DNA of 64,000 bases from a virus, in the IMG/VR virus record IMGVR_UViG_3300024054_000015, positions 1 to 64,000 of that record; one strand, written 5' to 3'. This document shows positions 29,677-37,721 of the stretch, one piece after another. The translations under genes and the position numbers were made by a program. The first letter of the stretch is position 1; every line of letters begins with the position of its first letter. The notes beneath the pieces are model-generated. The model was not told where the DNA came from. It saw only the letters and a program-made list of their open reading frames with translations, and did no database searches.

Positions 29677-29934
29677 TCACACGTATCCCCTTTCGCTCTT
29701 CCATGCGTCAAATGACAAGAGCAACGTCCTCTCTGCCGAGCGACGATATTCGGTGATCCGGTCAAGCAGCTTCCCAAACTCGCAGTCGCTGCCGTACCGA
29801 TTGAGGAGTTTGTGAGCCAAGAGCTCATCAATCTGAGACCTGGCTATCTCTCCTGCGGCGTGCTGGATTTCATCCAGCGAGGTCCTCATCCTCCGGCTAG
29901 GACGCTTCATGACTTCTTCCCTTACTGGCTTCAT
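29677..29934 (-). CDS. Hypothetical protein
   Basis: Coupled early ORF. Confidence 0.6.
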   Translation of the reverse strand: MKPVREEVMKRPSRRMRTSLDEIQHAAGEIARSQIDELLAHKLLNRYGSDCEFGKLLDRITEYRRSAERTLLLSFDAWKSERGYV

Positions 29935-30173
29935 CAGATGGATCCCTTTCGCGAGTAGACCCCGAGGATCTTCGCGTCCTCGCCACGGTCGTTGAGGTAC
30001 CTCAAGAGGTCAGACATCTTCGCCGGTTGCGTGACGGCAAAGACGTCGAGGCCTCCATCCACTAACACAAGAACGACGTGATCCAGTTCAACCGGCTCAA
30101 AGTCCCGGTCAAATCCGTTGTAAACGGTCTCGGCACCTGAATCTGTCACAGTGAACTTTCTAGGCTTTAGCAT
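29934..30173 (-). CDS. Hypothetical protein
   Basis: Coupled early ORF. Confidence 0.6.
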   Translation of the reverse strand: MLKPRKFTVTDSGAETVYNGFDRDFEPVELDHVVLVLVDGGLDVFAVTQPAKMSDLLRYLNDRGEDAKILGVYSRKGSI

Positions 30174-30348
30174 CCGAGTCTCCCTTTCCTCCAACTACTT
30201 TCCACTGCCCGTAGTCCAACGCTGGACTACCACACTTCTTGCACAGCACATCCCTCCAGAGCTCTTTCGGTCCGGTATAGGTCGCCGGATCCTTGGCTCT
30301 CTGGCAATGGCCGCACTCCTGACACTCACGAATGAACCACTTAGTCAT
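30160..30348 (-). CDS. Small Zn-ribbon protein
   Basis: CQECG...CKKCGS. Confidence 0.65.
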   Translation of the reverse strand: MTKWFIRECQECGHCQRAKDPATYTGPKELWRDVLCKKCGSPALDYGQWKVVGGKGDSDAKA

Positions 30349-30602
30349 ACTCTCATCTCCCCAAGTGTCAACCATACTTCAGAGAGGTTCTGCTTGTCTC
30401 GCTTAACGTGCAAGATCTTGTATCCGTGTTTCTTGATCCTCATTCCAGCGACGCTAGCGATTCTTTGCTCATCCATACTCTTCCAGCGGTCGTAGACCTC
30501 CATGGCTCTGTCCCTGGCTTCCTTCATGGATCCAGCCTTAACCAGATCCGTCCACACGAAGAGTCCAGCTTGAACTCTCACTTTCCAAAAAGAGTCGGTC
30601 AT
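30345..30602 (-). CDS. Hypothetical protein
   Basis: Coupled early ORF. Confidence 0.6.
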   Translation of the reverse strand: MTDSFWKVRVQAGLFVWTDLVKAGSMKEARDRAMEVYDRWKSMDEQRIASVAGMRIKKHGYKILHVKRDKQNLSEVWLTLGEMRV

Positions 30603-30603
30603 C

Positions 30604-30774
30604 TCACTTCTCCAAGTGAACCAAGAGTCTGTCAACCAGATCCGAGTCGCGGTCGTCGACCTCCGCCGCGTCGTTGAATACCTCCAACGCATGCTCCAGT
30701 TCGTCTCTGGTTAAGTTCCCCAGCGGCACTCCCGCCAAGATCTCCTTCAGTTCTGCTACACTCAACATTTTCAT
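30604..30774 (-). CDS. Small acidic hypothetical protein (56 aa)
   Basis: Own translation MKMLSVAELKEILAG...; TAGGGAG upstream. Confidence 0.55.
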   Translation of the reverse strand: MKMLSVAELKEILAGVPLGNLTRDELEHALEVFNDAAEVDDRDSDLVDRLLVHLEK

Positions 30775-30846
30775 CCTAGCACTCCCTAAGCAATCATCGA
30801 GGAATCTGCCTCATCAGTGCCGGTAGATCATCTCCGGCAGAGTCAG

Positions 30847-31041
30847 TCACTCCTGGCTTTCGGCTTTCCTCGCAAGCTCCATCAGGGCACTGGTAATCTG
30901 CTCCTCTGTTATTCTAGCCTTTCGGCTCTTTGTGTTGTCGGTCATCTGTACAAAACATCTCAGCCTTCTATTCGTTTTCGCTCTTATCATGTTCTCCGTA
31001 ACAAACACGGAATTCATTCCACCTAGTTCTCTAACGCTCAT
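30847..31041 (-). CDS. Hypothetical protein
   Basis: Coupled early ORF. Confidence 0.55.
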   Translation of the reverse strand: MSVRELGGMNSVFVTENMIRAKTNRRLRCFVQMTDNTKSRKARITEEQITSALMELARKAESQE

Positions 31042-31451
31042 AGCTTTACTCCCAACTTTTCCATTCTGGCCGTTACCTCGGCCATCTCTTCATCACTCAA
31101 GGTTACTCCAGCCTGCTCGCAGGCTTGCAGTGCTGCCAACAGGGCTTGCATTTCATCCAGTTGCCCTCGCAGCTTCTTCGGCCTGTTCTTCTCTGCAATA
31201 AGTTCATTCTGCTTCTCGTTACTCTTATGGTAGCACGCCTGGCATACCGTCGTAACGTTCCAAGTGTCATAACCATTCTGGTTAATCAACAGCCTCGTAG
31301 CTTCCACTTCCTCCGCCTCCTCCACTGTAAGGCAAGGCTTGCAGTGGTAGGGGCAGTTTCGGCATCGTCCTATTCGGTACACTTCAGGTGGCATACTACC
31401 TGCCCTCCCGTCCTTATTTCCAAATGGTAATATTCTAATCATTCGCTCCAC
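31038..31451 (-). CDS. Cys-containing hypothetical protein
   Basis: CRNC..HCKPC...CQAC. Confidence 0.6.
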   Translation of the reverse strand: MERMIRILPFGNKDGRAGSMPPEVYRIGRCRNCPYHCKPCLTVEEAEEVEATRLLINQNGYDTWNVTTVCQACYHKSNEKQNELIAEKNRPKKLRGQLDEMQALLAALQACEQAGVTLSDEEMAEVTARMEKLGVKL

Positions 31452-31518
31452 GCCTTACACTGCCTGCGCTGCCTGCTATACGCTGCGCCACTGTGTAGGC
31501 AAAAACCAATAGGCGCAA

Positions 31519-31550
31519 TAAAGCCCGTATGGCAAGCCATACGGGCTTTA
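31519..31550 (-). terminator. Intrinsic terminator of the island gene
   Basis: Perfect IR TAAAGCCCGTATGGC-AA-GCCATACGGGCTTTA just past the stop; T-rich tail on minus strand. Confidence 0.75.
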
Positions 31551-31566
31551 CGTGCGCTGCGCTGTG

Positions 31567-31920
31567 TTACTTGCCAGCGCTTACCAGCATGTAGTAGGCT
31601 GTGCCACCAACGGTAGTACCGTTGTTGCCAACGTAGCCGCCAGTGGTAACGCTTACCACTTGGCCAGCGCTGGCAAGCTTGCGCAATGTGCCGCGCAGTG
31701 GTGCCCATACAAGCTTGCCATTGCTGCGCTTGCGCGGCTTAAAGCCGCAAGCTTGCGCTACTTGGCGCAGTGTGTAGGGCTTACCTGCCTGCAAGCTTGC
31801 AAGTACTGCGCTGCCTTGCGGCGCTGCCTGCGCTGTGCTGGCAAGCGCTGCCTGCAATGCTGCAAGCGCTGCCTGTTGGGGGCTGGTGGTGGTGCTGGTG
31901 GTGGTGCTGGTGGTTGCCAT
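31567..31920 (-). CDS. Basic winged-helix-like DNA-binding protein with no Asp/Glu (117 aa)
   Basis: VLASLQAGKPYTLRQVAQACG...LRGTLRKLASAGQV..wing; TTAGGGG RBS; own promoter and terminator. Confidence 0.7.
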   Translation of the reverse strand: MATTSTTTSTTTSPQQAALAALQAALASTAQAAPQGSAVLASLQAGKPYTLRQVAQACGFKPRKRSNGKLVWAPLRGTLRKLASAGQVVSVTTGGYVGNNGTTVGGTAYYMLVSAGK

Positions 31921-31997
31921 GTGCGTTACCCCTAAGCTGGTGGTGCAGTACCGTTGCTGCCACATTGGCAGCAACCGGCGTAACAGTGGCAACAACC

Positions 31998-32013
31998 GCA
32001 AGCGCTGTGCCAA
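31998..32013 (-). promoter_or_regulatory. Sigma54 (RpoN) -24/-12 promoter
   Basis: Minus strand TTGGCACAGCGCTTGC about 80 nt upstream of the ATG at 31920. Confidence 0.7.
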
Positions 32014-32147
32014 TGGCGCGCAAAATGGCTACAAGTGGCAGCGCGCGCGCACATATATGTTGTGTGCGCGCGCCGCCCCTGCCGGTCATTCACCATACAG
32101 ACTCATAGAAAGTTTGGATAACATGGAAATACGACTATTGGAAATAT

Positions 32148-32186
32148 CTAGACCTCCATACAAGATCCGTTTGTATGGAGATCTAG
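32148..32186 (-). terminator. Hairpin terminator upstream of the island
   Basis: CTAGACCTCCATACAA pairs with TTGTATGGAGATCTAG right after the stop of ORF 32197. Confidence 0.6.
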
Positions 32187-32196
32187 GTTAGACTGC

Positions 32197-33447
32197 TCAT
32201 CCTTGTGACTTGTCCAAGCTTCCAATGTCAATACCCATCAGGTCACCAAACACTTCCCCAACCGTTGGACAAGCTGCCAACCTTTCCACTCCATCCTGGT
32301 CCTTGATTAGATCAAGGGTGACGTCCTCCTCAGCCAACTTCTTGTTTTCTGCGAATTTCCACCAGGATTGGACGATTAGGGCGACCCTTTCCTGGAGAAA
32401 AGAGCCTCCAGCAGAGTCCATCAGTTCTGATACAGCTTGTATGAGCAGCTTCATGGACTTGTCGCCAGAAGCGATGGCAGTCCAAAAGCTGCAAGCCTTA
32501 TCCCACATGTCCCAATTCAGCAAGTCCTCTGTGGGACAGTCGGCCTGGATGTAGCCTGTGCCCTCGGAGTTCTCCCGCTCGCTGCTACTGGACCCCATGA
32601 GGTACAGCAGTGCCGCAGCGTATCCAGGACTGGGATAATACTTGAGCTTGTCGTCATTTCCATTCTCCTCGTATATGTGCCGCACGCACTCCAGGAGCTT
32701 CGGATGGCGTTGGATGAAGTCCAAGCTCTCGGCATGTGTACGCCTGGGAGCAAAGGCGTTTTCGCTGGCTCCAGTGCGCTGCCAGAGCAGCCTCACAGCA
32801 TAGTCTGCCATACGGCTGAGCATTTTCAGCTTACGCTTGTCCTTGGACCTGGAGGCGTCCATGTCTCCAAACAGCCCGGAGGCGTAGATGGCATCCGCCA
32901 AGCTACGAGGCTTGCCAGTGTTGATGGTGTTAATGCTTTGGATGTCTTCACGTACTCCAATGTTGATGAAGCAGTGAATCTTCGGCTCTTCTCCCCAATG
33001 GTGGTACTTGTCCGGATTGTTGAGCCATTCCTGCTCAGCCAGCACTAAGCCGATTAGGCGATGCTTCCCGTCGATCACTAGGGCTGTGCGGCTGATAATG
33101 ATCGACTCACCGTTCGCCTCGCCGCCATCGCCGTTCCAGTGCCCACCGAGTATTTCGCCCATCCACTGCAAGGCAGTAGCCATATAGAACGGTCGCTGCT
33201 TCTCGACGTTAAAGCACTTGGTTGCGACTCCATTGCGGTCCTTCAGGAGAAATTCTGTGTAGGGCTTGTCGGCGTTGTCCGACTGCTTCCAGCCTAGGAA
33301 GGTTCGAGCCTGCTCGGCTGTTAGCCAACCTACCTTCCCCTTGAGCTCGGGGTAGATCACCTTACGCTCTTTGGGCGGCGCTGGCTCTTTGGACTGCTTC
33401 TTGCTCTTAGCCTTGGACTCTTCCAACTTTTCAACAAACTTCGGCAT
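32197..33447 (-). CDS. ParB/Srx-like N-terminal domain protein
   Basis: NGESIII...VIDGKHRL motif; AAGGAG RBS. Confidence 0.6.
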   Translation of the reverse strand: MPKFVEKLEESKAKSKKQSKEPAPPKERKVIYPELKGKVGWLTAEQARTFLGWKQSDNADKPYTEFLLKDRNGVATKCFNVEKQRPFYMATALQWMGEILGGHWNGDGGEANGESIIISRTALVIDGKHRLIGLVLAEQEWLNNPDKYHHWGEEPKIHCFINIGVREDIQSINTINTGKPRSLADAIYASGLFGDMDASRSKDKRKLKMLSRMADYAVRLLWQRTGASENAFAPRRTHAESLDFIQRHPKLLECVRHIYEENGNDDKLKYYPSPGYAAALLYLMGSSSSERENSEGTGYIQADCPTEDLLNWDMWDKACSFWTAIASGDKSMKLLIQAVSELMDSAGGSFLQERVALIVQSWWKFAENKKLAEEDVTLDLIKDQDGVERLAACPTVGEVFGDLMGIDIGSLDKSQG

Positions 33448-33457
33448 GTGTTGCTCC

Positions 33458-33790
33458 TTAACCAAAATCAACTGCACTAGGTACAAACTGTTCCCTTTCG
33501 TCCAACTCTTCCTGAGGAACATCCTCAGGTTCTACTGGCTGTGCTGAAAGCGTTCTCCTTTCTTTGAGTTCTTCTTTTGTCAGGTACTGCCATCCACATA
33601 GACCCTCGTCTAGTTCTGGGGCTTCGTGGTTGGCAGTAGAGGTACTAATGACCTTAATACCTATCCCTTTAGTAGTCCCACGGCCATTAGACCGTACGAT
33701 GTGGTCCTCACTAGACCACCCTGCGCGAATTTTCGCAGTTTCCTGGGCAATTTCTTCCTCTGTGGGAAGATAGGGTGTAGCCCTCGGCAT
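33458..33790 (-). CDS. Hypothetical protein (first gene of leftward arm)
   Basis: AAGGAGG RBS; YLPTEEEIA...IRAGWS. Confidence 0.7.
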   Translation of the reverse strand: MPRATPYLPTEEEIAQETAKIRAGWSSEDHIVRSNGRGTTKGIGIKVISTSTANHEAPELDEGLCGWQYLTKEELKERRTLSAQPVEPEDVPQEELDEREQFVPSAVDFG

Positions 33791-33834
33791 TTGGAACCTC
33801 CTTTAGTTGCTGGCTGTTGTTCCAAGTATGCCTA

Positions 33835-33863
33835 ATTATACACAACTATTTATGTTTTAACAA
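33835..33863 (-). promoter_or_regulatory. Sigma70-type promoter (leftward)
   Basis: TTGTTA-17-TATAAT on minus strand. Confidence 0.7.
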
Positions 33864-34030
33864 TAACCCCTTTGGGTGGGGCTAACAAGCAGTTCGGATC
33901 TACTTTGGATCTTCTTTAACTCTTACTCTAATAATATAATAATAAAATAATAAGAATACTGACCCATTGTAAGTATAGTGGAGAATGCCGCAAGTGCAAG
34001 GCCCGAGGCCGCGAATGGTGTGCGGCTCCC

Positions 34031-34059
34031 TTGCAAAAGCCTTATTTATGCTTTAACAT
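34031..34059 (+). promoter_or_regulatory. Sigma70-type promoter (rightward)
   Basis: TTGCAA-17-TAACAT. Confidence 0.55.
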
Positions 34060-34065
34060 AAAGGT

Positions 34066-34638
34066 GTGGCACCTTACCCTTCTCTTCAGAAAGTTGCGGC
34101 GATGCGGGAAGAATTCGAAAGGATGATTGAGTTAGGCAAATGCGGGTACAAGCTCGCAGTCCTCAAGATTGTTAGACCAGACACCGATCCCGAGTACACC
34201 TACCAGTTAAGGCTGGATGGGCTGCGCTATGGGCAGTTCGGCATTGTGCAGGAGGATGAGATCTTCTACGTGGTCCACGTGGGCTCGGGCAGAGTTTGCG
34301 GTGAGTTCACAGTTATTGAGACTGCTGAGCGTGAGGTTTTTCTTCTCAGAAAATTGACCGACTGGAGGAAGGTTGGCTGGAGTGACAATGAGAAGTTTCT
34401 AAAGAGTCCTTTCCGCTTCATCTGTGCTGAAGCTGCGGAGTATTGTGTAGGTCTGGACAAGCCATTTGACAGACTCGCCAAGGCTGTGAAGGCCGCTCTC
34501 CCTAAGACTAAGGAAGAGATCGTGGAAGAGTTTGCATTTGAGCTACAGTCCACTCCATTCGGGGATGATGAGGAATTTGTACCTCCCAAGCGGTCTGAAG
34601 CCAAGAAAGACGATGGCTGGGGGCATACTATTACATAG
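34066..34638 (+). CDS. Hypothetical protein
   Basis: 190 aa; start may be the ATG at 34102. Confidence 0.65.
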   Translation: MAPYPSLQKVAAMREEFERMIELGKCGYKLAVLKIVRPDTDPEYTYQLRLDGLRYGQFGIVQEDEIFYVVHVGSGRVCGEFTVIETAEREVFLLRKLTDWRKVGWSDNEKFLKSPFRFICAEAAEYCVGLDKPFDRLAKAVKAALPKTKEEIVEEFAFELQSTPFGDDEEFVPPKRSEAKKDDGWGHTIT

Positions 34639-34686
34639 TGGCGGCGGCGGGCTTGCCTTATTACTGTTTGTGGTTACTATACTAAT

Positions 34687-34902
34687 ATGGCACATAAATA
34701 CAGCAATTATCGTGGTCGTCCAAGGAAGTATCCATGGAAGACCTGGTTCAAAAACTCTGTGACCCATTTGGTTCGTGGTAAGGACTACCAGTGTGAACCT
34801 TATAGTCTGGCTATACAGATACGCAGGATGTCTAACATCCTGGACATTCCAGTTACGGTCTCCGTACATGCAGAGCGGGTGACCATTACGAGGTTGAAAT
34901 GA
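34687..34902 (+). CDS. Small basic DNA-binding-like protein
   Basis: RGRPRKYPW (AT-hook-like). Confidence 0.6.
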   Translation: MAHKYSNYRGRPRKYPWKTWFKNSVTHLVRGKDYQCEPYSLAIQIRRMSNILDIPVTVSVHAERVTITRLK

Positions 34903-35363
34903 ACTACACAGAGAAAGACTTAAAAAGGTTCTGGAGCAGAGTCAACAAGTCTGGACCTGTTCATCCAGTTCATGGAACCTGTTGGAATTGGAAGACTTGG
35001 GATGGACGTAACTTCTATCACTATGGTGACTTCTTCTGCCAGGGAAGAATCTACAGGGCTCACAGGTTTTGCTGGGAGCTCCTTGTTGGACCAATTCCAG
35101 AAGGACTTATCGTCTGTCACAAGTGCGATAACGGAGGTTGTGTTAAGCCTAGTCATTTGTTCCTTGGCACTTACCAAGACAATATGACTGACGCCTCTGT
35201 TAAGGGTAGGATGAAAAGTCCTAAAGCTAAATTGAACAAGACTCAGGTTAGAAGAGTGAGGCAGGGTAAGGAATCCTTGGCCAAGCTGGCTAGGGAGTTT
35301 GGAATAACTGTTCCGGCGTTGATTCAAGTGAGAAAGAGAACTACTTACAAGTGGGTGAAATAA
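34899..35363 (+). CDS. HNH endonuclease
   Basis: CWNW, AHR, VCHKCDNGGCVKPSHLFLGT..DN; C-terminal HTH. Confidence 0.9.
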   Translation: MNYTEKDLKRFWSRVNKSGPVHPVHGTCWNWKTWDGRNFYHYGDFFCQGRIYRAHRFCWELLVGPIPEGLIVCHKCDNGGCVKPSHLFLGTYQDNMTDASVKGRMKSPKAKLNKTQVRRVRQGKESLAKLAREFGITVPALIQVRKRTTYKWVK

Positions 35364-35863
35364 TGCCTAAGCTCCCTATTCCTATAGTCATTAAACCTGA
35401 ACCTTGGTTCATTGGAGTAGATCCAGGTCAGTCTGGAGGAATCGCTGTAGTCTCTTTCAGTGTAAAGTGTGAGTACCTTTTCAAAATGCCTGAGACAGAG
35501 CAGGGCATTTGGGAGCTCTTTAGAGACCTATCAGTTGCATGTGAGTGTCGTGCTGTGATAGAGAAGGTTCACGCCATGCCTAAGCAGGGTGTATCATCCA
35601 CATTCAAGTTTGGCTGTGGATATGGTGGGCTTAGGATGGCTCTAACTGGAAACCTAATTCCATTTGAGGAGGTTTCTCCACAGACTTGGCAGAAGCAAAT
35701 GGGTATCCGTCCTCGAGCAAAGACGGAGAGCAAGAACGATCACAAAAACAAGCTCTTAGCAGCCGCCCAGCGACTATTTCCTGGACCGAGAATTACCAAG
35801 GCTACTGCTGATGCTCTATTGCTGGCGGAATACCTGCGTCGTGAGTACAGGGGAGTCATGTAA
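35363..35863 (+). CDS. RuvC-like Holliday junction resolvase
   Basis: IGVDPGQSGGIA, IEKV, PQTWQK, ADALLLA. Confidence 0.85.
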   Translation: MPKLPIPIVIKPEPWFIGVDPGQSGGIAVVSFSVKCEYLFKMPETEQGIWELFRDLSVACECRAVIEKVHAMPKQGVSSTFKFGCGYGGLRMALTGNLIPFEEVSPQTWQKQMGIRPRAKTESKNDHKNKLLAAAQRLFPGPRITKATADALLLAEYLRREYRGVM

Positions 35864-36432
35864 TGCCTAGAGTTGGCGATACTCCTTGGCAACGCTTTAA
35901 GCTCAAGTGGTCTGACTGTACGCAGTGTGAACTGTGTCAGGTACGGAAGAAGATCGTGCTGTGTCGTGGCAGTATCCCCTGTGATGTACTCCTGATTGGT
36001 GAAGCTCCTGGAGCCAGCGAAGACGTAATAGGTCAACCGTTCGTTGGACCTGCCGGTCACTTGTTGGATGAGCAGGTAGAGAATGTCATGAAGAACCTGG
36101 ACTTCCCAGAGATCAGCTTCTGCTTCACCAACCTAGTATGCTGTATCCCCAAGGTTCATGGCCGAAAGATCACTGAACCTATGGAGGAGCATGTGGACTC
36201 CTGCCAGCAGAGGAGGCTCGAGTTCATCCAGTTGTGCCAGCCTAAGATTATAGTCTCTGTTGGAGACTTGGCCTACAAGTACCTGGAGAGGGATGAGTTG
36301 GAAACCGTTAAGATCACTCATCCTGCGGCAATCCTCAGGGCTGAGGTTGTAAGGCAAGGACTTATGTATCAGAAAGTGGTGGTAACTCTAGAAAACGCCA
36401 TAAGGGATCTGTTAGATGGACAAGTTCATTGA
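35863..36432 (+). CDS. Uracil-DNA glycosylase family 4-like protein
   Basis: CxxC, IGEAPG..ED..GQPFVGPAG, TNLVCC, HPAA. Confidence 0.88.
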   Translation: MPRVGDTPWQRFKLKWSDCTQCELCQVRKKIVLCRGSIPCDVLLIGEAPGASEDVIGQPFVGPAGHLLDEQVENVMKNLDFPEISFCFTNLVCCIPKVHGRKITEPMEEHVDSCQQRRLEFIQLCQPKIIVSVGDLAYKYLERDELETVKITHPAAILRAEVVRQGLMYQKVVVTLENAIRDLLDGQVH

Positions 36433-36521
36433 GTTAATGATGGAACCCGAACCGGAGTTGGTTAGGGAACAGTTGGAAATGCGTCGTGAGAGGTTCTTAC
36501 CAGTTACACAGGAGCAGTTAG

Positions 36522-37640
36522 ATGCCCAAGCTCGCCAGCAAGCTGAAGAAGATTCAAGAAGAAAGGCCGAAAGGCCCAGTCTGGCAGGGTCCATGTGATC
36601 CTGGTCCCAATGGAGGAGTAACACAATCGTTACTCAACTCCTTTCTGGTGTGTCGGGAAAGGTTCAGAATCAAGTACATGGAGGGACTCCAGATACCGGA
36701 TGACTTCAACCACCGGCTTGAGTATGGAAACATGTGGCACGCCTGTGAGGAAGGCTTGGCTGCAAAAGACAAGGATCCCTTCGAAAGACTCACAAAGCTG
36801 GTCGTGGAACTCTGTGAGAAGTATCCACTTAAGAAGGCTGATATCATCCACTGGTACGAGATCTGTAGGATCCAGTTTCCAGTGTACCAAGCCTTCTGGG
36901 CTGAACACGAGGATACAGACAATCTCAGACCCGTTGCTCAAGAGCTTACGTTTAGGGTAGGCTTTCTACTGCCCAAAGGCAGGAAGGTCTGGCTGCGAGG
37001 CAAGTTCGACTCCATCGACAGAATTGGAACTAAGGTCTGGCTGCAAGAGAACAAGACCAAAGGAGACATTGACTCTGCTCTCATGCAGCGGCAGTTGTCG
37101 TTCGATCTGCAGACCATGCTATACCTCACAGCTATGCACAGTCAGGCGTGGACTGGTGAGGATGGAGCGCACTATGCTCCATCAGAGGTTGCCGGCGTCC
37201 GCTACAACGTGATCCGTAGACCTCTCAGCGGTGGTAAGGGTAGTATCCGCCAAAAGAAGAACCAAACTTCTGAGGAGTTCTACCAGGAACTTGGTGAGTT
37301 GATCAAGAGTGCTACTGGCCCAGAGTGGGGAGTATTACCAAGAGAGCATTTCTTCTTCATGCGGTGGAAGGTGGCTGTAACCAATGCGGATATAGTCGCC
37401 TATGTGCAGCACTTCCTGATCCCAGTCCTGGAGATGTTGTGTGACTGGTATGAGGAGCAGGTGGAGTTAAAGGAAATGAACCTTCGGCCCTTCGATGGTC
37501 ATCACCACTTTAGGACACCTTATGGAATCTACTCTCCACTGTATGATGGGAAGCCCACAGACGTGGATGAGTTTCTTTCTTCAGGGAGTACCGTAGGTCT
37601 TGTGAGAACCGAAAAGTTGTTTAAGGAGTTAGCAGAATGA
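36522..37640 (+). CDS. PD-(D/E)XK exonuclease (Cas4/RecB-like)
   Basis: GNMWH, LRGKFD, ENKT, QTMLY. Confidence 0.75.
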   Translation: MPKLASKLKKIQEERPKGPVWQGPCDPGPNGGVTQSLLNSFLVCRERFRIKYMEGLQIPDDFNHRLEYGNMWHACEEGLAAKDKDPFERLTKLVVELCEKYPLKKADIIHWYEICRIQFPVYQAFWAEHEDTDNLRPVAQELTFRVGFLLPKGRKVWLRGKFDSIDRIGTKVWLQENKTKGDIDSALMQRQLSFDLQTMLYLTAMHSQAWTGEDGAHYAPSEVAGVRYNVIRRPLSGGKGSIRQKKNQTSEEFYQELGELIKSATGPEWGVLPREHFFFMRWKVAVTNADIVAYVQHFLIPVLEMLCDWYEEQVELKEMNLRPFDGHHHFRTPYGIYSPLYDGKPTDVDEFLSSGSTVGLVRTEKLFKELAE

Positions 37641-37721
37641 GTAAGAGAGTCAGTTCTTGGTGGCCCTATCTTCAAGCAGTGGTCTGGGGGATTGGGATTC
37701 TGGAAGTGTTGATCTTGTCAC

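Larger units (their letters stand above)
31448..32086. other. GA/TC-dinucleotide-free island
   Basis: No GA or TC in 639 consecutive bases, read base by base. Confidence 0.95.

Noticed and set aside
31448-32086. Island explained by CsrA/RNase avoidance or by low complexity
   Set aside because: RNA-level selection would not remove both GA and TC or extend into promoter DNA, and most of the island is not repetitive. Avoidance of a host TC-targeting system such as DarT is not excluded but is less parsimonious.
31552-32191. Several overlapping ORFs on both strands of the island
   Set aside because: Lack of GA/TC removes TGA stops and lengthens ORFs; only 31567-31920 has an RBS, promoter, terminator and a plausible fold.
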